A DNA stretch of 64,000 nucleotides from the human T2T-CHM13v2.0 reference genome, Homo sapiens: assembly GCF_009914755.1 (NCBI RefSeq), contig NC_060942.1. One strand, given 5' to 3'. How positions within the stretch are numbered: the stretch's first letter is position 1; every line of letters begins with the position of its first letter. The notes beneath the pieces are model-generated. The model was not told the origin of the DNA. It saw nothing but the letters and a program-made list of their open reading frames with translations, and did not search any database. A program made the translations under genes and the position numbers. Shown here piece by piece: positions 54,264-64,000 of this stretch.

Positions 54264-54464
54264 CAGAGTCAGTATACTACAGCCTGTGGGCAAATAAAGT
54301 GTCATTGCAATATAACACAGCCATGCCCATTCATTTGTGTATGGTCTATGGCTGCTTTTGAGTTATAATGGCAGCGTTAAATAGTTGGGACAGCAGTCAT
54401 ATATTTCACAAGGCCTAAAATATTTACTATCTGGCCATTTACAGAAAAAGTGTGCCAATCCTTG
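54264..54464. mobile_element. MER58A-like hAT MITE
   Basis: acagccatgcccattcatttg...gtctatggctgctttt...cctaaaatatttactatctggccatttacagaaaaagtgtgccaatcc. Confidence 0.88.
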
Positions 54465-54615
54465 GTTTTGATTTTTCAAATATATTCACTCTCTTTCTCC
54501 CTTGTCTCTAATAAGATTATGCTTCTCTCACCCGCATTGATGTTGGCTTGCCATGTGACATGCTTTAGCCTCATGGTGGACTAGAGGGCATGTCTGCACC
54601 CCTTGACTTAGGGTC

Positions 54616-55233
54616 TGCAGTGGACCAAACTCAATGTTTCTGTCCACTGGCTATTCAATTAACAAGAATATATGCGGCCTGAGAGAGACTTTGCAAATGA
54701 AATTAAAGCTGCAGATCTTAAATCAAGAAAAGTAGCCCAGATTGTCCAGGTAGGCCAAATTAATCACAAGAGCCCTTAAAAATGGGGAAATATCTCTGGC
54801 TGGAGTCAGTCAGAGAAATGTGGCAGAAAAGGAAGGTGGAAGAGACTCAGTACAAGGGAAGTCAGAGATATTTGAAGCACAAGAAGGACTTGATGTGTCC
54901 TTGCTGGTTTTGTAGATGGGGAGGAAGGCATGGGAAGGAATGTTGGAAGGCACTAGAAGCAAAGATGAGCCCTTGCTGGAATGTCAGCCAGAAAACAGGG
55001 ACTTCAGTTCTGCAAACCAAAGGAACTGAATTTGGCCAACAATCTGAATGAAATTAGAAGCGGATACATTTCCAGATCCTCCAGTAAGAAGCACAGCCCT
55101 GCTAACCCCTTGAGCTAAGCCCATGAGACCCATGGTGGACTTCTCATTTGCAGAACTGTGTGAGATAATAAATTTGTGTTTTAAGTCACTGAGTTTGTGG
55201 TCATTTGTTACGACAGCCATAAAAAGCTAATCC
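54616..55233 (+). mobile_element. MLT1D/E-like LTR nested in the 5' LTR
   Basis: gactttgcaaatgaaattaa...taatcacaagagcccttaaa...aaggaactgaatttggccaacaatctgaatga...tttaagtcactgagtttgtggtcatttgttac. Confidence 0.85.
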
Positions 55234-56330
55234 TAGGTCTACCTTGCTTTTACCAATAGGATGTAAAGAAACAGGATGCATGAGAGACACCAAATGTGCC
55301 TAGGTTTCTACCATTGCCATAAGAAGTACATGATGCAGCAAACCTACTAGTCTAAAGAGATACACAGACCAAATCTGGACCCAAACTGCAGCCTGGAATG
55401 GAGCCCAACTTAGCCGAGCCTGGATCAGCCAGCCCCTAGGCAACCCACAGATGCATAAGCAACATGACTGTTTTTAAAAGCCACTGGATTTTGAGATGGT
55501 TTCTTATGGAACATTATGGTAGATAAATGATGAATACAGGAATGCATAATAGATTACTTCCATAACGAAAACCTAAAATATGTGGGAGCCGGATAGTAAC
55601 TGGTGTAAAAGCTACCATAGGGAGCTAGAAAAAAAAAATGGCCAAAAACAAACCAAAACAGAAACAGCCATGCAAACACATGTTGCAGGAGACTGAAAAA
55701 CTGAGAGCGTATGGTATGACATGAGCATGCACATGTTAACACCATGGCAAACACTGGTAAGCTATTGCCGGCAATAATCTGGAAGGTTGAATGTGTACTT
55801 AATGAATTTGTAGATTTGAGGGAGGAGATAGGAAGCAGAACGTTGAAAGCTTGAGCTGTTTTGCCTAGCTGCATTTGACAAACTCTGAGAAGGAGAAGAA
55901 CTCAGAAAATAGCTGACTATTTTTGCAAGCAAAATTTTGAGGAAATATAGAAAATCCAGAAATCTCAATGTAGAAAATAAAACTGACTTTTTACTTAACC
56001 AAGGGTGTGGTCATGATGATAGAGACTATGAAAAAATCAAATCCAACTGCCAAAAAGATATATTCTCAACATAAAAACCAAATCAGAGGGATGGCTGTTC
56101 CACACTTTGTCTGAGCTACAAAAGAAATAAGATGGTGTCTAACATGCTTTCTCAGCGAAGCAAAAAGGCTTGTAGGAAGATTAGGCATAGTTCTACAGAC
56201 ATCTAATGAGGCCAAAATACTCCTAGTTGATTCTAGAGAGAGAGGCCTGTCTTGGAAATAACTAAGAGTGAGTTTTGGGCACATGGAATTGACTGGAATC
56301 AAATATACAGAAAACCCACACAACTTTTGA

Positions 56331-56951
<621 letters not shown>

Positions 56952-57532
56952 TATTGGCAAAAGCACTGCTGGACATAGAAAAGGACTGAAATTGTTTGAG
57001 CTATAAACATCCCTTCTCTGAAGAAGCTACTCAGCCTTTAAAAAGAGTTTCTTTTCTTGTCTTCATCAGAAGTAGCCAAAGAAGATGTTGAGAAAAAAAA
57101 GAAAAAAGACCTTCCAGAAGGTGGAGCCAAGAGTGGTGGAGAACAGCGGACACAAGGTCTACCCCTAAGGAGCAGAACTGGGGCCTGGAGGAGAAACATT
57201 ACTAATCCCAGGGAAGGGCTTGGACACTTTTGCCCAGCAGACTTTTCGTCTTGCTGTGAATGAGAGCAGCAATAGGCCACTTATCCTTTCCTTTTCAAAG
57301 AGGAGAGGGCCTGTCCCTGTTCTACCATGTGTGTTAGGCAAGGAGGGAGCACATATCTTGCCTTTTCAGTTCTTTGGTCTTTAAATCAACCCAAACTTGA
57401 TGTGGTTTAAGAAATCATGGGCTTTGAGCCCGATGCCGTGATTAGATGAGGCTTTTGAGGATCCTGAGATGGGGTTTCTCCTACTAATGGCACCTTTGAG
57501 TTTGGATTTGACCTTGCAATTTGCTTTGGTCA

Positions 57533-58095
57533 TGTGGGAGACCAGAATATGCCATCCCCAAATATGAAGGATGGTTGGACTGAAGATGATTAGTAAGAAG
57601 CAGATACAGGAATGCTGTCTGCCATCCCTCTATTTGCCTTTACTTGTCTAAAAGCAAGACTTAGATTTACCAAGACATGAGGATATCCTGCCCCTCCACC
57701 CTTCCCTTCTACCAAAGAGAGGAAAGATAAACCACTGAAGACAACCTGAGATCCTTATTGGCTTTGACACAGTACTAGAGAAATTCACATTTGCTAACTT
57801 TGCTAACTAGCCTTTATCTGCCATTTACTTGCCTTCCTCCCAGTTACTTATCCTAGAGTCTCAAAGTCTTTTTATGTCTTGTCATTTCTCTAAAAATTTA
57901 ACTTTCTTTGTTGAAGATGCTATATAAGCAGAAATTCAAAGCCACTACTTTGAGAACTACTCATTCCCTGGGTGTCTTCCATGTATATATGAAATATACA
58001 TGTTAATAAACTTGTTTGTTTTTCTCTTGGTAATCACTTTTGTTACAGGGGTCTGTTCCCAACAAAGAACCCATGGGGGTTATTCTTCCTCTAGA
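57533..58095 (+). mobile_element. MER34-like (ERV1) solo LTR nested in the 3' MLT1 LTR
   Basis: tgtgggagaccagaatatgccatccccaaatatgaagg...gctatataagc...ttaataaac. 4-bp TSD-like gtca / gtta. Confidence 0.8.
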
Positions 58096-58514
58096 GTTAA
58101 TAGAATGCCATCAGAAGTGACACAAACAAGAGATGTGAAATGTCCTTAGGTGGTTAATCTTATTCTCCTGTGCTTCTTCCATTACCATGATAAGAGAATG
58201 CTCTCACTGGTCCACTGGTCCAAGGAAGATGAGAGACATATAGACCAAGCCTGGTCCCAAACTGAAGTTTGAAGCTAAGCCCAGCTGAGCCCAGCTTGAA
58301 TCAGCCAACTTCCAGCTGATCCTCAGATACTTGATGGTTGTTTTAATCCACTGAGTTTTGGGTATTTGTTACAGCATTACTGTAGCAAAAGCTAATGATA
58401 CCAGGATTTCTCTTTTCTTCTTTCTCCCAAGAATTTCATTATGAACACCAGTGGTAAGTCCTGTGTTTCCTGCTCTTTTTAATATGCTTCCCAATTAGTC
58501 TTGTAACGGACAGA

Positions 58515-58730
58515 CCTCTACTTTGGGAACCAGAATACTTAAATACCAGCTCTGCTGTGTACTGGTTGTATGATCTTGAGCCCATAAATTAATACTCTGT
58601 TGGACTCAGTTACCATATCTATGAAACAATGATAATCACCCTAACTTCATACGGTTTTGTAAGAATTAAATGAAACAGCAGATTTCACAAAACAGTGTAT
58701 TGCCTGACATAAAGCAGGGCCTCAATATGA
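58515..58730 (+). mobile_element. MIR SINE
   Basis: taccagctctgct...tgatcttgagc...ctcagttaccatatctatgaaac...gaattaaatga...tgcctgacataaagcagg. Confidence 0.78.
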
Positions 58731-61504
58731 ATTGAGCCTAAATCATTGGAATGAGCTACTGGATGCTTTCCAAGTTTTCTTTCAGCTCAACAATACCATG
58801 ATGTTAAGAGATTTTTGGTTTTCATCACAATACTTGCTCACTGATGCTTTTTTAATGATGACAAACATTTTGATTTCACTCTTTGAGATCATCCTGACAC
58901 TGGTAAGATGCCTGGAAGGGTCAACGCATTGACTTAAATTTATACTCTATTGTGAAAGGCTAACACCAGGGCACATTTTAATATCCATGAGAAAGACACA
59001 AAATATTTGGGTTTACAAATGAGTTCCTAGCACATATTAGGTCAATGTGTGGAAATGAAAGAGAACATGTTCAGTTAGTTTACAAGCCGGGTAACATCTC
59101 TATAGTGGCCATAGATATAGATATCCTAGAGAGAGATATCTAACAGCATGTGTATATTTCAGAAAAGACTCTATAACCACTTCAACAAAACACTGAAGTC
59201 TAAAGCACCTATCCAAATAAACTAACAAAAATTATCCCAACAACTCATTTAAATCTTTTTAGAAATGCATTATGTGTTACTAAGTATGGTAAAAATCCTT
59301 ATATACTAAAATGGAGCTTGAGATTTCTAATTTAAAATCTTTAATTTTTGCATCTTTTTATTCGGTCTTTACTATTGACAAATGTGTGTCATACATAAAT
59401 TTGCTTCATTTTAGGAAATGGAAATTCATAAGCTTATTTTTATTTTTATTTGTGAATTCTGGGTGCTGCTTGGCCTCTGGGTCATCATTATAAATGGGAA
59501 ATCTCATAGGTAAGGACTGAGGACATAGAAGGTACCAGAGCTGGGAATAAATCTCTAATTACATTAAATGTCCTGAAAATGAATTTTTTGATTAAGCCCC
59601 AGACAACACTACTATTTTCCCCCAAAGATGAATATAAATAGAAACAAACAATAGCAAATAAACAAACATATAATTCAGCTTCTTTAGAGATTCTGTTTAA
59701 CTGGATTTCAGTTAATTTCAGTTTTGCTGTATTTCCTCACAAAGCCATTTTCCTTACCATAACTCTGTAGATTACCAGAGTGGACTATTTCATGCACAAT
59801 TTATTGCAGAGACAGGCAGTATTTATCAGTTCCTTCATGGCAAAGAAGAATCATCTGCTTGAAGGCCATCACTCACACTGCTGTCAGCAGAGTGGCAAAG
59901 AGCTGAATAATAAAAGAAAAGATCCCCACAAATACTGGATCTGTGATAACTCCATTAATTTGAGAATAAGAGGACTTTTAAAAATGGGGAGAAAATATCC
60001 AACCTTTTAGCAGAACATCCTAGATAAGATAGAGCCCAAGCCTTGGCTCATCCATCATTGTTTAGAATTAGCTTTCATGCACTTGACCTTAACCATCACT
60101 CTTTTTGTCAAGCCTGGGTGTCAACACAAAAGAAATTGGTTCATGGATGAAAGTACTGAATGAGCATCTGATCACACTTCTTTCAGGCGCTTACCTTCTC
60201 ACAGTAAGGGATCAATTAAAACCAAATGGAGCAGATTTCTCTGGATATCTGGGTCGTCAATGTGGAATGCTATGGTTTGGGTAAAGAAGCATTTAACTGA
60301 GAAGAGAGAGGCTCCTGGCCCGAGCACAAGCAGGCCAGGCATGTATGTCATAAGCTGCGGGATGTAAACACACTCAGCACTGGACACGAAAGGACAAGGA
60401 CACAAGAGACCGTCTGTCATGTCATTACCTGAATATCTAGCTGTATTATTTATAAACCAACTTGCAGCAGATGTTGTCTTTTTTAACACAAATTCTCCTT
60501 CCAGGGCATTATGCATGAGGCCTAATTGTAAATGCCTATATTGTTTCTTTCCCCTACTGATTTATTGTTCTATAGACATCTACATGGGAACGCAGTGTGG
60601 AACTGCACTGTTTTCTCTATTAATTATTTTCACTCTTTGATTACTAATTTCAGAAGACAAACTTTTCACTGTTGACCTCCTCAGGAGTGGATTGTTTTAC
60701 AACGAGACTGTATTAGGGAAATGAGTCCCCAGTGAAAGCAGAAGGGCATGAAAACCTTGTGTCTTATTTACATTAATCCAAACACAAGTTTCTCAGTCAT
60801 TTCCCTCTTAAATCTTTATCTACTCGTGAAATAAAAGTCACAGACCAGGAACAATGCTTCCACTGGAGTGACGGCAGTTATTGCACAATACTGGAGCTGT
60901 TATAATAGAATCAAAGTCTGCAAAAAAAATTACTACTGTTAGACAATAAGACATGTATGCCTATCTCTGTGCCAAAGATGTAAAACCGCCAAGCACTACC
61001 CTGGGCACCCAGTAGGTAGGTGCTCAGATATTAGAAGTGTTCTTCAAATTTAGAATCTGACATGATTTCCAAAGTAAGTGTTCGTGATACAATGAGTTAC
61101 AATTTGGGAGAGCCTGGAATTCTTTCCCAGAGAAGATTTTGAAGGCTTTTGTTAAGCCATGGGATTTTGTTGGTTCTTTTGACCAGACACCCCTCTGTAT
61201 GTGTAATTGCCCATCCTCCTGCCTACTGGGAGAGAATTGCAGTCCCTGGGAGCATGCAGGGAGCCTGGCCCTTTCCATCCCTTCCCTCTCACCTCCTCTC
61301 AGAAAGAGGGCGCACTCCGTACAAGCCAGGACTAAAATGGAACATCCAGTGGCTCCTGGGGGCCATTGTCCTGAGCTCTGGTGGGGAGACAGAGATAGAG
61401 ATGACAAGGTGAGCATCTGTTGCCTGTTTCACAGGCTGCCCATCTCTGCCTGGGTCTCACACCTTTCTCAGGAGTCCATTTTGTCCTTGGATGAAGTGTG
61501 TGCA

Positions 61505-61810
61505 TTGAGAATCTAGAAGGTTGGGACAGACCATCTATTGAACTCAAGTCTCTAACCTGAGCATCAATCCCTTCCATCCTACGTCATTTAAATGACCACC
61601 CAGCTTCTGTAGGGATGCCTCTAGGGATGGAGACACACTCCTCCTCAGGCAACAGCTCATTCTCTTTGGTGAGAGCTCTAACAGAAAGTCTTTCATTGCA
61701 CTAAGGCTTTGCCTAGAGAAGACCGTAGTTTCCACCATTCTGTTCTATCAGCTTTCTGGATCCACAGAGTCCTTAACTGTTCTTCCCTGTAACAGATATT
61801 GAATGATTTA
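61505..61810 (-). mobile_element. L3/CR1-like LINE fragment
   Basis: agaatctagaaggttgggacagaccatct...gggatggaga...cctcaggcaacagctcattc...agaaagtctttc. Confidence 0.55.
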
Positions 61811-62742
61811 ATGAGATTGTGCAGGGCTATCAGCCATATTTAATTTCTGTGCACAGGGGAGATTGTTACTTTCTGCCCACTGTGCCTAGTTCCTCTCAAC
61901 TTTGTCAAAAATGAGCAGAGGTTTTTCCAGCCTGGGGCAGATTGAGTAGCTAAGCCTGGCTAGGGCAGGCAAGGCTGTCCACCATCTGGAGGGAGGATGA
62001 GGGCATAGGTAGTATAGAACTAATATTCCAGAAAGAGTTCACATGGATGGTTCATCTTGAAACTTGATTGTTCCCAGGCTGATGTTTCTTATTCTACTCC
62101 AGTGGAATTACTTCATTTCAGGTATTAAATATCTGGCCTTGGAGGTCTGCTTCAGTTCTGAAGGACACCCACATGCTCAAAAAGGCTCAAAGAGGCTTTG
62201 TACATAGAAGATCTGGTGGCTCCCCTCTTTTCATTGTGAAAGTAGTCACCTGCTCTTTAGAGTAGGGATATAGAGATAAACCATACTGACTCTCAGGGTC
62301 CCCAACACTGAAAGACACGGTCACTATTATTATAATCATGGTTGGTTTATTGCTCCAAGCCCTGTTTTTATAGTCAAATGTAGCAACCACACTATATATT
62401 CAGGTTCTACCTTCTGTTGCAAACCACTAAGCCATTTTGCTGCAAAAAGGACAACTCTGACTCCCCTGCCATCCAGATGTTGTGAAAGGTATTTCATTTA
62501 TTTTTAAATTCATCCAATCATTCATCCAATGTCCACTCTCAGCAACATGTGTGAAAACCATGCTAAATATACATCCTCAGTGCCTGCCACCTTAGTGGGT
62601 CTGCAGTAAGTTGTCTATTGAGAAAAGCTTGGGTGCTGTAGTCTTATCGTCATTAAAAAGTGGGCAGGATCTATAAATAGCACCCAAATTTTAAACTACT
62701 TTTCTGGAGCAAAATGTTTGCTTAGTCTCGCCATGCAATATT

Positions 62743-62930
62743 TAAAACTATTTATTTTGAAGTAATTATAGATTGGCAGGAAATGGCAATGATAATATAG
62801 AACGGTCCTATAGACCGTTCACCCAGGTTCCCCTAATGGTAACATCTTGTGTAACTATAGTAGGACCAGGACATTGTCCCAATGTCAATTGCAGGTCTCA
62901 CCAGCTTTACACATACTCATTTGTGTCATC
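62743..62930 (-). mobile_element. L1MC-like 3' end fragment
   Basis: tttattttgaagtaattatagatt...ttcacccaggttcccctaatggtaacatcttgtgtaactatagta. Confidence 0.75.
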
Positions 62931-63060
62931 ACACATTTGCTGATTGTCTGGCATCTTTGAAGAGCTTACTTAGAACTTTTAGAGGCACAACTTTCTCCTA
63001 AGAGTCCATTTATGGTAGCTTCTAATTGGGCTAGTTTCTCAAGATCTCAGAGTCAGTATA

Positions 63061-63113
63061 CTCTCTCTCTCTCGCTTTCTCTCTCTCTCTTTCTCGCTTT
63101 CTCTGTCTTTCTC
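63061..63113. repeat. Imperfect (CT)n microsatellite
   Basis: Directly visible. Confidence 0.85.
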
Positions 63114-64000
63114 AAGAACACAAGCAAATAGGGTTCTGATATGTAGTAGTAATGAAGAGATAAGAAAGTCTGGTACTTGTGGCTATTGATTAAAATCTGT
63201 GATTGGACCCAGCATAAAGCCAGGAGAGGGTAGAATTATACTAAGCAAATAGGCTTTATTCCAGAGGCTGAGGAGAACCTCCATCCCTAAACAGTGTGGC
63301 AAAAAAAGGAGCATGAGGAAGAGAAGAACTAATCTGTAACAGGCACATGCTGAATATTTCCCAGCAAGGTTCCATGTGCTGGGTCAGGAGGCTGGGAGCC
63401 CAGACAAACCCTGCACCGTGGTTCCAGCACTTTTGAGTTTGAGCTCCCTGCTTGCCAAGCTCCTGGTGATCCAGAGGACCTCAGGAAGATCCAGACAGTG
63501 GGGAGGGGCGGGGAGAAGAGGTGAGGGGGAGTTTTCCCAGCCAAAACCTACTTCAATGGATCAGCCAGCCTCTGAATAGCAGCTTTTGACATCTCAGTGG
63601 GTTGTGAGGGAGGTGTGGTCATCACAAATGAAACAGACCACAGGGGGTGCAGGAGACCTCTGCAGGGCCCCTAATCAATTACTAAAAACATGGAGAGGGT
63701 CCTTGGAAAATGAGTGAAGGAGACAGACGCATGCTGACACTCAGTGGTATCGCTGGGCACCAAAGGAGAAACTGGGGGATTTTCAGCTTCACAGAGGATG
63801 GGGTGATTGTTTCCTTTCATCAGCCGTTGCCCTCAGAAAACAAAACAAAAACCAGAAGAGAAACATTGCCTATGGAAAAAAAATACATATAGAGGCTGAA
63901 AAGGAGGAAATAAAAGGAATGAAATTTGCTTTTACGAAATAATTTAAATAGTCTTGAATGCCCAGAGGGCCCAGGCACTATATTATGTGTTACAGAGAGG

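Overview
This is primate, very probably human, non-coding genomic DNA (AluJ/S/Y, THE1, MLT1, LTR8, MER34, MIR, L2 and L1M relics; CpG-depleted). I see no credible protein-coding exon, structural RNA gene or CpG island. The ORF track is explained by Alu-derived frames, simple repeats and chance. I cannot name the locus. The structure worth attention is non-coding. (1) A ~150-bp long imperfect hairpin at 2.8-2.95 kb matches my recollection of the ancient Eulor6 (Crypton-like) conserved repeats and sits in homeobox-motif-rich unique DNA. (2) An unassigned nested palindrome lies at 30.70-30.84 kb. (3) There are several locally templated copies without TSD or poly(A): a 178-bp ~98% identical direct duplication 2.1 kb apart, a 36-bp LTR8 piece inside an AT microsatellite, and a triplicated L1 segment with fold-back scars. 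(4) A 1-kb palindromic AT-rich VNTR complex lies at 23-24 kb. (5) An internally deleted MADE1 (miR-548-like) forms a perfect hairpin. (6) A two-LTR MLT1H-like provirus carries nested insertions. Repeat subfamily names come from remembered consensus motifs, not a database search, and old-repeat boundaries are approximate. I found no evidence of a new multi-gene system.
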